A stretch of 56,945 nt of DNA, counting the filler, from Asterionella formosa (taxonomy: Eukaryota), in assembly GCA_002256025.1 (NCBI GenBank). It is 5 parts of 5 records of this genome, joined end to end, with 100 filler letters (N's around TTAATTAATTAA, not from the genome) between each part and the next. Parts side by side here need not be neighbours in the genome. Positions count along the whole stretch, not along the records: positions 22,852 to 34,157 come from NKIB01008616.1; positions 34,258 to 45,557 come from NKIB01008617.1; 3 more parts are not named here. One strand, 5' to 3'. The translations under genes and the position numbers were made by a program. Below the pieces are notes generated by a model that saw nothing but the letters and a program-made list of their open reading frames with translations, did no database searches and was not told the DNA's origin. This document shows, one piece after another, positions 23,390-35,171 of this stretch. Position 1 is the first letter of the stretch; each line of letters starts with the position of its first letter.

Positions 23390-23589
23390 AGAAATGATAC
23401 CCGCGTGAAAACGTCAGTATCACTGATACAGTTTTTGGAGGGGGCAAAAAAAGGGATCAATTTTGTATCATTGATACAAAATTGATACCATCAAGTTACC
23501 GTTGCTGATACCGTGTTTTGATACCAACCGTCATTTTTTGCCCGCAACCCGGAAATGATACAGCGAATTCGGAATGATAAGAACGACCC
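23390..23589. mobile_element. Right end of a relative of the Harbinger-type MITE
   Basis: AATGATAAGAACGACCC (23573-23589) followed by TAA; shares GTATCACTGATACAGTTTTTGG and AGTTACCGTTGCTGAT with the 8287-9279 element. Confidence 0.75.
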
Positions 23590-24129
23590 TAAGCGTGCGT
23601 CCGATGACTGCAATCCTCGGCTTGCTGTGATAGTTAATCTGCCAATCGTGAGTGCGGATGGAGTATTTGAGGGGAAAAAGCGCCGAGGGGTTAGAACAAC
23701 TGAGCCACGACACAGCGCAAGACAACAACAAGCTCTCGGGGTGCTTGTACCAGTACTTGCTTATATTGTTCAGCTATCGTCACATGAGTGCTTCTGATAA
23801 GCGCTGAAGGACACTCTCTCGAGTCGGCGTCGCTTTGGCGTGCGTAGTGCGAGTTCAATTTGCCAATTTTACATTGACAATGCGCACTTACTTCAGCCTA
23901 CAGCGGCGATGTTTATGGTTGCGTCAATTTGGTGCATGAGGATGGCGAAAACTCTTTTCACTGTCATTTCTTGGCCGTTTCATACCTTCTTGGCATATGT
24001 ACCATACATTACTTGAGGTGTCTTTCGCAATGATTTATCCTCTAAAACAATTTTATCTTGAACTTTTAAAATATGTAGTTGTAACATCAACTAGTTTTGT
24101 CTTGGAAATCACTGTATGATTCTGAACCA

Positions 24130-24507
24130 TCACATGAAAACCTCGAAGAGAAGTCTTGTTCACTATAATAGTTCATATCATTTACGTGAAGTGCACAACA
24201 ATAAACTGTAGATTGTCCATGCATGAAATAAGACACCACAAATATCCTTACTATTTCACAAATAAAGATGCGTGTAGTAAATGGATTAGCCACGAGAGCA
24301 GGATATTAGTCGCACTTTGAAATGAATTATTTGAAACATCAACTAATTCAGTCTCGAGTTCAAAGTTCATTGTGAAAACTTCACATGAAGCCGTTAAAAG
24401 TAACCTATTTTACGGGAAGAGTGGCATTAATTCATGTTAAGTACCCCATCATTAACACTCCTACGTAAATGAAATTTCGAAAAGTGGCGTATTTCGCGGC
24501 TTAGATG
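24130..24507 (-). repeat. Transposon terminal sequence, inverted copy of 28781-29180
   Basis: Reverse complement begins CATCTAAGCCGCGAAATACGCCACTTTTCGAAATTT, identical to 28781 onward, and decays away from that end. Confidence 0.88.
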
Positions 24508-24544
24508 TACTGGGGGTAGTCAGAATACGCAACAACAAACGAGT

Positions 24545-24765
24545 GGTGCCATGTTATATCGCATAATTCTATTATGCCTGCACTAATAAATCATTATCAT
24601 TTTTTTGGTGGTGACTTAGAAGGATTATTTGGTACAACTCCATTTGAGGTTCTTCATCAATTACTACTTGGAATATTTAAGTTCGCACATTTTGGAATCT
24701 TTGTACAATTATTGGACTATCCCTGAAGAATGGACACTTTTTTTTAAAGAAAGAAAATCTCCAGA
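24545..24765 (+). mobile_element. Plavaka/CACTA-like transposase core fragment
   Basis: Translates HFFGGDLEGLFGTTPFEVLHQLLLGIFKF, matching the FG..G...P.E.LH...LG pattern I associate with Plavaka-like transposases. Confidence 0.6.
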
Positions 24766-24869
24766 TATTCCAGAGAACATCGTCTGCAAATAAAAAGTAG
24801 TGTACATATCAGATCAGGGGTATCGTATGATAACTGGCACAGAATTTTTCTGGGCATGATACGCATTTT

Positions 24870-25457
24870 GTTGTGTTGGTGAAACCAAGATGTCGTGTGA
24901 TGGAGGAAATGAGATGCGGCTGGGACAAAGAGATTGTTCCTCCCTTTGATGCTTGCTCCACTTTTCTAATTCCCAAATAATCAGGAAATTTTCCTCTCAT
25001 CTGTAAGATTAAATATAGCCTTCATCGCCACAATGCACCTATCAATCTCATCGTCACTAGTAAAGATTCCATCGTCCACATACACCATAAAAATGGTAGA
25101 CTCTTTGAAACAGATACAATCATCAGCCGAACTTTGAGCAAACCCTACCCATAGCAGTCCCTTGGTCGGGTGTTGAGACCACGTATGTCCAGCCTGCTTC
25201 TGACCACCATATATATTTAAGGATCTTGCGGCAGTGGTCGGATCGACCGTCCAGCCTGCTTCTGACCACCATATATATTTAAGGATCTTGCGGCAGTGGT
25301 CGGATCGACCCCCCTCCGGCAATTGAAAACCATGAGGTATCTTCATGTACAATTTGCACTTGGCGTCTGCCTGAGGTTACGCCAATGTAAAGTCGATCTG
25401 ACGGGTGCTCCATTCGTGCATCAACGATAGCGTCAAAAAGAAACGTATAGGTGGCCA
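24870..25457 (-). mobile_element. Ty1/Copia reverse transcriptase remnant
   Basis: WPPIRFFL...RQIDFTLA*PQA...LYMKIPHGF, NIYGGQKQAGHTW, MVYVDDGIF, DYLGI, LSQPHLI; contains a ~59-bp tandem duplication at about 25189-25309. Confidence 0.9.
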
Positions 25458-26700
25458 TATTGTGGTACTTCCATGATAGAAGTACTACCCAGCAAGTATA
25501 CAGTACTACCGGTAGGCCATATGAATTTTGGTCAATATGTCTATATACATAAATGTATGATTTCGACCATTTGAAAAATTGGTGATGACTCCCATTTATT
25601 AAGGGGCTTAATTAAATCAGCCACTGACTTGTAGATACAAGAATTGACACACAAAAAATTGAAAAAACTCAACAGGTTGTGGAATACTATGAAAACATCA
25701 TGCATTGTACATATTTGAATTATGTATAATCAAAATTGATATTAGTATACACAGGATGTGCCGTATAATGAGCGTGTTTAAAACTATGCAAATGTTCAAC
25801 TATATATACATTTAAACTTCTTAGAAATCTTTATATATATGTATTCATGGCTGAAACATTTGAAATCATGTTTTCATGTTCCTTGTCATGCATACACTTT
25901 GCTCCTGAATTGAAGTATTAACACAGATGATGACGTGGAAAACGAAAGTGATAATAAAGCACAATGATACTTGCGGCTTAGAAGAGAAGGGCGGAATCAA
26001 TTAATGGTAAGTCAAGAGCAGATGCCATTCATTTTCCTTGTCATGCTGCATCCACTTCCTCAAATGAAGGATCTCAAGCAACACATGATGCGAAAAACTG
26101 AAGTGACAATACAGCACGATGTGAATATGATGGAGAAGGGTGGAATCAACAAGCTGTGCATAGCATCACGGTTTGTCAAGAGCAACTGCCAAGATGATCA
26201 ATTGCTGGGATTACAAATACAGAATGACTCGTCCCCTTTCAGTGATTCAATAGCTCCTTTTCGATTTGGTTGCTGGCCAACCATCAATGCGGACAAAAGA
26301 AATCGGTAAGTGCTGCCTATCAGCCATCTTTGGATCAATCCACAACTGTTAGAAAAACTGACACATATGTGTTGCTTCTTTTCAGGATAATGGTAGACAA
26401 ACAGTACTATTTGTAAGTTACAAACAGCAGTGTTGGAGCCCATTTATTGATCGATACTTTGCTTCTCATTCAATCTTCGACTGACACATTCTTCTACAGA
26501 AATATGCATCAGTTACTTCCTCAATTTGTGGTAAGTGAAGCAAGATAGAAGCGAAATGAATGTTGTTGTCTAAGCAAAATATGAACAGCTAACAATGAAT
26601 TGCTTCTCTTTGTTAGTATGGCTGATTGGAACAACGAAACGGATTCAATAGTGCGTGAATGCAAACTCAGATCCGTCAGGAGTAAATGGAACAAAGCAAT
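25458..26700. repeat. Dispersed repeat family B, copy 2
   Basis: Matches 14558-15190 closely and about 38130-39050 more distantly. Confidence 0.85.
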
Positions 26701-26731
26701 TCAAAAAGAGTCGAATTAGAACAAAACGAAC

Positions 26732-28780
26732 ATGGCAATGTATTCAACGGTTCCTTTCATTCCTTTGATCAAAGACTACAATGTATTGACTATCAAGACT
26801 AAAACATTCAGAATTGCTTTAACCGGTGGAAGGTTTGAATCGTTTGATCAAGATATGATCAATGGAAGCTCAGTGGAAGCATTGTTAATTGGAGTGAGTC
26901 AATTTCGTGACATGGCTAACACATGTGCCTTAAGCCCTGCAGATACCTTTTCCTACTTTAAAAGGTGTTTGACCGACATTGCCTTATCGGATTGGTTGAA
27001 TGTGGAAGTACACCCAGAAGATCAATCTGACGATAGTTTCGATGAAGCGATGGTTTTATGGTTAGACGATTGTTTACCAAACGAGAGTTGAGATTTCAAC
27101 GTCAACGACAATGGATGCTACGTTATTTATCTAAACCCTTTTCTATGTTGGTAATGGATTTCGGAGCTCGTATTAAAACTTTAAACAGGCTACTTCAACT
27201 AATGCCTCATCCAGAAGATCAAGTTGGATTGTCAAAAGAAGATATGCGGATTATCATTATCCGTTCTATGCCCGATGAGTGGCAACAAGAGTTTGAATTA
27301 AATCATGCAAAGACTTCAGACCGATCCATTCGCTCGGGCATCGCTTACTTTGAGAGTCAACAATCGTTTAAGGATCGAAACAAGCATCTTCCCAAGAACA
27401 GTTTTCAAACAATCACACAAAATCGTCTTCGTATTGCTGAAGGCAATCGTGTGATGCGTCAAGAAAACGAGCATGTCAGTCGTCAATTCTACAACGATAA
27501 TTTTACTCCAAGTGGTCGTGGAAGAGCGCGTGCTAGTATTGTCAATGCAGTCGGACGCGCGTGGGATCGTCAGGCGACTTTTCGTCATCAAGCTCTAGAA
27601 GCCAGTCGTACGTACCATGATTATCGTGGTCCTTGCCCGGTACATCCTGAAGGTGCACATACTTGGGGCAATTGTTTCCAGAATCCTCGTACTCAAGGTG
27701 GTCGAGCAGGTCGCATGGCTGGTCGTTATAATGGACATGGCCGTTCCAGTTTCGGTAGACGAGGACATTTTGGTGGTCGTGGAGGCGGTTCACACAGCAA
27801 TCCTAGGGAAAGCTATCATACTGACACTGCTAACCCTGTGCCTGTTCCACATGCTCGTATGTTAAATGCATGGGGTCATAATACTCATCCATCCGGTTGG
27901 GGTACCGTGCCACGTGCCGATCCTACCGAGAATACATCTGCCCAGGAAATTTCAGTGGTCACGAACCCTCCTGCTGGTCAGATAGTGACTTTTGTCCCTA
28001 CTACACAACAGCAGATTGCTGATCGCCATCACCGAGGTATGTGCAATAATAGCGATGCTATATATAATGACTCGTTGAGTATATCTCACGTTAGTCATCA
28101 CCTGAATAATATTGTTTACTTACAGGTTGAATACACTATGGATACCGCTGTTACTGTAACGCGGGATATATATAACTGTATTGATGGACATGATGTTCCA
28201 CATACATATCAGGGCCCAATTCCGCTTTCCTGTTTTACTTCTAAGGATATATTAACATCAATTGATTTGATTCATCGGTCCCTTTTAGCGCCAAGATTGG
28301 TGGATGATATACCGATACATAAAATACTACGAGTATTATTTGATAGTGGAGGATCGTTATCCTTAATACATGAACGGGTTATGCCTCAAGGTATTTCTTT
28401 ATCTGACGAGACTTCCCAATTAATACATACCATACCTGGTATTTATTCATCTCATGCCAGTGTCATGCTATATGACCTGATTCTACCAGAATTTAATCGA
28501 ACCGCTCATATTTTACAACAAAAGTGTCAAGTCTTTAATGGTCTATGCACATTTGATATTATTTTAGGACGTGATTTCCTCCGTCAAGTTGGTTTAACCA
28601 TTGATTTCGTAAATAACATCATGTCCTGTATGGATATGATCGTTCCTATGCATCCTCTTACGTTCTTTGATGATAGAGAACAATTACGAGATGTATTATT
28701 ATATTTTGATGCACCTATGATTGTGGAATCTTCATATGCGCTGGAAATTAAAGCTGCTGAATATAATTACGTAAATATTG
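26732..28780 (+). mobile_element. Ty3/Gypsy-like gag-protease remnant, truncated before RT
   Basis: Gag-like ORFs with a frameshift near 27060-27091; knuckle PCPVHPEGAHTWGNC; aspartic protease LRVLFDSGGSLSLI...DIILGRDFL; cut at 28781 by a transposon terminus. Confidence 0.85.
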
Positions 28781-29280
28781 CATCTAAGCCGCGAAATACG
28801 CCACTTTTCGAAATTTTGTCTACGTATGAGTGTTAATTATGTGGTACTTCACATGCATTAATGTCACTCTTCACGTAAAAAAGATTACTTTTAACGGTTT
28901 CATGTGAAGTTTTAACTGTTTCATGTGAAGTTTTCACAATGAATTTTGAACGCAAGACTGAATTAGTTGATGTCTCAAATAATTCATTTGAAAGTTCAAA
29001 TAAGATCCTGCTCTTGAGGCTAATATATTCACAACACGCATTTTACTTAATGAAATAGTAAGGATATTTGTGGTGTCTAATGTCATCCATCTGAGATCAA
29101 AGTTTTACGGTTGTACACATCACATGAAGAACTCACACTTACCGGTAAAAAAGCTCCCTCTTCCCAGTTTTCATGTTATGTAGGTTATTACCGGTACTAG
29201 GTAAATGTACTACTAGCCAGTGGTAGGCAACCCAATTTTTTTACGTGATTATTATTACTCAAAATCAACACTGGTGGAAT

Positions 29281-29457
29281 TATGTCTACTGATGAGGATG
29301 GTACCAGGTAGTATTGTTTGCCAAATATGTGCCAAACAAGGTCCATTATTTTAGCTACCAGTTATTCTTATGTCTACTGATGAGGATGGTACCAGGTAGT
29401 ATTGTTTGCCAAATATGTGCCAAACAAGGTCCATTATTTTAGCTACCAGTTATTCTT
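29281..29457 (+). repeat. Exact 88-bp tandem duplication
   Basis: TATGTCTACTGATGAGGATGG...GTTATTCT starts at 29281 and 29369. Confidence 0.93.
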
Positions 29458-29500
29458 ATTTTTCTCTCGCCAACACAGCACTGCAAAGACAGTAAATATC

Positions 29501-29880
29501 ATGGATCTGTGTGACAATAACGACGAGGACAAATGTCAATTCTGTGGTAAAGGTCCTTTTAAATCAATTCGTGGTCATCACAAACACAGCCCCTCGTGTG
29601 GGCAACAAGATATGATTCAATCTCAGATTCAAGCATCGCAGACATCATCAATGGTAGCGACTTCTCCAAGAGATGGACGACACCACTCTCAAGACCCCCT
29701 TGCAAAATTCCTGAAACAATCGCCAGCAGCCATTGATTTCGTTCAAACAGTTTGTTTTGATGCCGATGACTATGATAATGGTTTATTCCTTGATAGTTTA
29801 GTAGATCATGATGCTGCTGCTATTAATGGTCCAATCATTCAGAACGGAGAAATAAACGACATTATAAACCCTACTGTGAA
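29501..29880 (+). pseudogene. Zinc-finger N-terminus of a transposase-like protein, interrupted near 29871
   Basis: MDLCDNNDEDKCQFCGKGPFKSIRGHHKHSPSC followed by an acidic linker, then unrelated sequence. Confidence 0.5.
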
Positions 29881-30624
29881 ATTGTACCTATTACTACGCT
29901 GGTTTTGGTTTGCACTACCAGCATTCCCTTCTTCCCCTTTGTCTCAATACCCGGTCGGAACATGACGTGGCTACTGTGAAATTGTACCTATTATTACGCT
30001 GGTACTATGAAACTGTAGCTTTGCGCTACCAATCTAATGTCTATTACTGATTATGTCGGTGCTGCATTGCTTCCGATCCAGCACTTGCCCTCTGTCTAAT
30101 CCTATGGTTGACAGATCATTATCCCTTTCTGCTTCCTTGTTCTGTTACAGTCACGTTTCTCTTGACAACTTGACATTCGCACGCTATTGATAGTGCAATA
30201 TATTACTTGTTATCTGGAATGGCTATTACTTGTTATCTGGAATGGCAAACGTTCCAAGTGCTACAAGGAATAGAACGTTCTTGGTTGTGAAGGGGATACC
30301 GATCGCAGATTTTTCAATAAGGAAAAAACTGTTTCTATGGCGTATTTCATGTCTGTTCTCAAGAGACAACGGAAGAGTAGTAAGGAACGACTCTAAGTAC
30401 TGGTTAGATACTTTGATCATGATGACAAAGGCAAGGAGACGAGACTAGATGACAGTGTCCTGGATTTTGTTCTCATCAAATTCTATGTGGGGTTAGCTTC
30501 TGGCTTGTTTAACAAAAAATCATTTGAAACTTCAAGGAAATTTCGGAAACATAGAGGACTAGCGATGATTTTATGGAAAACTCACTTTCCTTGAGATTTT
30601 AGACTACATCAGAAATAACACAAT

Positions 30625-31488
30625 ATGTCACCAAATGCAGCAGAAATAGAGGTTTTCCTATCTTTCATCACTGAGGATTCATTATGGTTAATCAAAACAG
30701 TTCTGAGAACCGATAACTTCGTTTATGTTATCGACAGAATTGAACAAGAATTTGATTTTTTCCTTAATTTATCTTTCCTTCCAGATGAGTTTTTCGGAAC
30801 GGAAGAAAAATATGATCCATTTTTGCATGTGGCAACATCTTTTTCTACATCCAAGAAAAGCTATAACCCTCCTAATTGTTTGTTGAAACAAACATTCAAA
30901 ACAACTGCAACATATAAAGCACTTGCAAATACCATGGAAGGAAAAACCATGCAAGTGTTTTCTTTCAAGAATTATACTAACAGCTTAAAATATTCAAAGC
31001 TGGATCTGCGAAATGTAAAAACATTTTGGCATATGATAAAGTGCTTGTTAATACCAGGTTCCGATGATGTCTCTGGCAATAGCTTCAGAGTTATACCACA
31101 CACTGCCACTATGTTGTTCACCAATTCTGGAAAGAATGGCAACCCAAAACCTCAGAAACCACACCAAGATTATACACCAACAGATTGCGAAAGGGAAACT
31201 CCTATGCCTTGGAGAATGATAATGTCCTTGTCTTTAGGAGGGAACTGTTTAAATAAATGGGATAATTGTGCGGATGAGAAGCATGCAATACATTTGTCCA
31301 TACCATTCAAATTCATCTTTCTCATGCGTGGAGATATAGTCCATGGAGGAGCTTTGGATAATAGTTTTAAAAATGGTGCTCTACGGATTCATTTCTATTT
31401 GTCGCCAGCTATAAAGCGAATAAATGGACACTCTGCCGCCGAACTGAAACGACAGGATAACAACATACACACTGATGGATTACACTGA
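30625..31488 (+). CDS. 2-oxoglutarate/Fe(II)-dependent dioxygenase (PhyH-like DSBH fold)
   Basis: QKPHQDY (HxD), MRGDIVHGG (distal His), LRIHFYL (2OG-binding Arg), with typical spacing. Confidence 0.68.
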   Translation: MSPNAAEIEVFLSFITEDSLWLIKTVLRTDNFVYVIDRIEQEFDFFLNLSFLPDEFFGTEEKYDPFLHVATSFSTSKKSYNPPNCLLKQTFKTTATYKALANTMEGKTMQVFSFKNYTNSLKYSKLDLRNVKTFWHMIKCLLIPGSDDVSGNSFRVIPHTATMLFTNSGKNGNPKPQKPHQDYTPTDCERETPMPWRMIMSLSLGGNCLNKWDNCADEKHAIHLSIPFKFIFLMRGDIVHGGALDNSFKNGALRIHFYLSPAIKRINGHSAAELKRQDNNIHTDGLH

Positions 31489-31698
31489 TGGATCAATATG
31501 TGGTCATAACCAGAAATTCTCGTCATTCTTATTGCAACATGACGGAACAGGATGGTCTAACTTATGATCTAATTTGATAAAAAAGAATCCAAAAATAAGT
31601 TTTTGGGTTTGGTTTGGATCAACGATTAGTAATGGCCGTAAAGTAACCGAAGACAATATTCACTTGCCAGGAAAGTTCTCTTCCCCAGTGTTTACACC

Positions 31699-32500
31699 AT
31701 GTCACTGTTGGTGAGCGACGGAAGTACTGATACAGTTAAATCAGATGAATCTGAATTTGAAGATTCAAATTCGATAAATACTAGAAAGGAAGCAGAGGCA
31801 TCCATTGTTGTGAAACCCAAACAATTAAATTTTTCAGCGGAGAAAGACCAATGTGGAATTTGGTACATTTCCGGCGGTATTAAACAACTGTGTACACAAC
31901 GAAACCGCTCAGATGAGACAGTATACTACCGCTTGTTTCATCCAGACAACGAACATGGTAAACCTGCTGCCATTCAGAACCTTGTAAATTCTGCCGTACA
32001 GCGGTGCAAGGACAAAACTTCTACTGGAACTACGTCTGTAGAGATAGATCGGATCGATTTCTATTATCATGTTACTATAATCTCCAAAGATGACGGTACG
32101 AAAACAATTTTAAGATTTAATAAAAAATGGAACAAACAGGACAAGAGTCTTCATCAATCAAATTCTTGGTTTGATTGGGTTGAAGTGAATTGGGAAACAA
32201 GTCGAAATGGGAAAAATTACAGTGTACCAGCAAAATTACTTTTTTTGGGTAATGTTGTTTATTCAAATGATTATTCAGATTGAACTGAAACACTCCTTGC
32301 ATCTATACGTTCTTTGAAGAGTACCAGTGTCATGCCAGCACATCATCGCTTGTTTTTTGCTACAGGTGATTACATTTGTGATAAGAAGACTTAAGCGTTG
32401 TTGAGCATAACAATATTCTTTCCACAGCATATTTGTAGTCCCAGCTTTAGCACCAGCTACAATCAGTAAATGTAAGAGTACCCGAGAAACCGTTGAAGCC
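31699..32500 (+). pseudogene. Plavaka-like transposase C-terminal-type domain
   Basis: LRFNKKW...SWFDWVEVNW...YSVPAKLLFL; coding-like sequence continues past the stop at 32283. Confidence 0.5.
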
Positions 32501-32659
32501 ATGGAAAATACAGATTATTATATTACATTACCACCACAAAATCAATGGAAATTGATTGGTTGGGATATTCCTTCTTTAAGTACGACAGAGAAGTAGCACT
32601 AATCGTCACAATACAAATTATTACGAATATACTTCAACATTTAATAACTGCCTCCGAAT

Positions 32660-34091
32660 TCATAGTTTACTTATCTTTATGTTTTTTCTTTTTTTTGGAG
32701 AACCTGACGATGAAAATGAACTTTCATTATCCACTGATTCTTCAGAAGATTTCAATAAACTCTTGAAATCTTTGTATAGTATATCATGCTGGCTGTCATT
32801 CAGGAGAACAGCATACCTGCTCACTTTCTGCATGCCCTCAGCAACAACGAAAGCACGTTCGTATTCTTTATCAAATTTCAAGGTTTCTTCATTACCATGC
32901 CAATGGTAAGATTCTACGGGATGATGAACCATTTTACTAAGATACATCAGTTCAGTTGTAGTAAAAATCGGAGATAACTCGAATTCAGGATTGAACTCCA
33001 TTGCTGCAACTTTGTCACAACATGAACCCACAATGGTGTGGAGAACATATACCATAACTGCATCGTCAACTTCATTCTCTGGATTACCAGGAAATGACCA
33101 TCCATTTTGATTTTCACCCTTAAATTTCATTTTCATAAATGTATCCCAACCATCCTTTGTTAAACGTGACTCACTTCGTTTCCCCATTAAATTAGTTTCT
33201 CCACTGTATCGTAGTTGTAGTAGTAATTCTATAAACTTCACAATTGTAAAGGGACCACATGACCATCCACCATCCTTGGTTGGTTAGAAAATCTTTGAAT
33301 CTAAATGTTTTGCTATAAAACATTTCAGAGGGCCTTTCCCACAGAAACCACTGTCCACCTTAAATTGAGGTTCCCCATCGCTCGGTGTAACCTCGGATTT
33401 TTGGTATCTCACTGAATGTTTTCAGAAAACTCTCTCGATATTCTGATCGAGCCTTATTCATGCCAGATTTCCATTTTTCGAACTCGGTTTTGAATTTGAC
33501 CATAGCTTTGGAGTAACTAATTTCTTTGTTAATATCTATACCAGGGCAAATACGTTTTTTGCGTGCAATCTCGTGAATGCATTTCAAATGACTTTTCAAA
33601 CTAACTCCATGTTCAGGATCACGTAATTCAACGTTGCCTTCATTTAGATCAAAACAATATAGAACATAATGTTGATGATGTCGTGTTTGTAAATAAATCA
33701 CAATAAGGAAGAATTCAATGGAGGGTTGGAAATAAAAACTGTTAGATGGATAAGGACTTTCAGTATTCCAGTCATTTCTGTCTTGAGATTCAATCATTAC
33801 ATGAATGTTTGAGGGATGCAGTTCATGAACAATGACCTTCACAATGGCGGTCACAATTTCAGTATCCCAATATGCACAATTGTCCAATTCAATAAGATTG
33901 TCCCTGTACTGCTTCTCTGACAATTTAAGGGAATACTCATTCCTGCAATATTGACGTACTTCTGAGGGGGAGCGAGAGTATGTATTGTAGTAAAGCTTAT
34001 GTGACTCCGGACCCAAGTCAATGGGTTGATGTTTTGCTGGAATGATGAAACACTGAAGTACTACAGAGAGCTTCTTGTTGATATTGAACAA
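32660..34091 (-). pseudogene. Ulp1/C48-like cysteine protease, disrupted near 33280-33360
   Basis: YWDTEIVTA...HYVLYCFDLNEGNVELRDP (His, Asp), and DGGWSCGPFTIVKF (Cys) in frame with ORF 32660-33241. Confidence 0.62.
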
Positions 34092-34157
34092 CAGAACGCA
34101 ATCGAAAAGGAACGAATATCAAACAGTGAGGGTAAGCCCGACATTGAAGGTAGGCAA

Positions 34158-34257
34158 NNNNNNNNNNNNNNNNNNNNNNNNNNNNNNNNNNNNNNNNNNN
34201 NTTAATTAATTAANNNNNNNNNNNNNNNNNNNNNNNNNNNNNNNNNNNNNNNNNNNN
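34158..34257. other. Artificial contig spacer
   Basis: N44-TTAATTAATTAA-N44. Confidence 0.98.
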
Positions 34258-35171
34258 ATCAATATCTTCGAGTACCTGCCCGGCAATGGTGCGTAGTTGT
34301 AGCAATGACATTGCTGGTATGGTCATATAGCGTCACAAGCACTCCGACTAAGTTGGTATCACCACTGTCATTGTTGTCTGTATCCTCCTTGACACAGCCG
34401 GAAATTGAGCCAAGTTTCTGTGCACTAGGAGCAGGACTGATGACAGGCTGAAGACCTGGACGTCCTGGAGGGGCGTAAAAATGAACTTTCCAGCACTGTC
34501 CTTTAACGTCGTCATTGCAGGGTTGTTGTGCTGTTGACTTCTTTGTGGCTTGCCATCGCCTGTGATGCGAAGCAAGTCAGCTGCCAGCGCTTTGGTCCGA
34601 TGAGATTACCCACCAGCAGCATGTGCAAATCATTAGCAGAAATAATTTCCGTTCGGAAAATATTTCTGCTGCCAGTTCCATCATGTTTGCAAGTGTCATG
34701 GAGGAGTCAACTAAGATTCGTGTGGCAACAAAGTATTGGTGGTTTATACGAAGATTATGTAGGCTAGTAGGGTATAATGTGATGGGAGAAAACTGGATCA
34801 TGAAGTAACCTTGGAATTTCTCCTCCCATAAGAAATGACATTCAAAATGCGGAAAGGAAACAGAAAACAGTTACTTATATAGAGCTTCAAACTCGTTCTT
34901 CACCCATATGATATCACCAACTTTGTCCAAAACAGGAACCATGTGTTTCTTCCACTCCGAATTCTTTTCCTTATGAGAGCGTGGTCCAACAATTTGAATA
35001 AACTTCTTCCTATCCAACTCATAAATAGACTTGCTTGCAAGGGGGCATCCAATGAACCTTGGTAGTAAATCTGGTTTCTTCAACAACTGTAAATGAATGC
35101 TGACAAACAAAGTAAATCTCCACTTCAAATTTTACCAGGTTGCTTAGATAAGTTGTGGTGTTGCTTAAGGC

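Larger units (their letters stand above)
28781..34157 (+). mobile_element. Putative Plavaka/CACTA-like DNA transposon with cargo genes, running to contig end
   Basis: Terminus CATCTAAGCC; C2H2-like finger CQFCGKGPFKSIRGHHKHSPSC; WFDWVEVNW...PAKLLF block; 2OG-Fe(II) and Ulp1-like ORFs. The extent of the element is inferred. Confidence 0.55.

Noticed and set aside
29288..29345. Hammerhead ribozyme core CTGATGAG, twice
   Set aside because: No stem II followed by GAAA or matching stems; the second copy is just the 88-bp duplication.
30625..31488. Calling the dioxygenase a TET/JBP enzyme
   Set aside because: Only the generic HxD...H...R residues are visible and the context looks more PhyH-like; the substrate cannot be assigned without a profile search.
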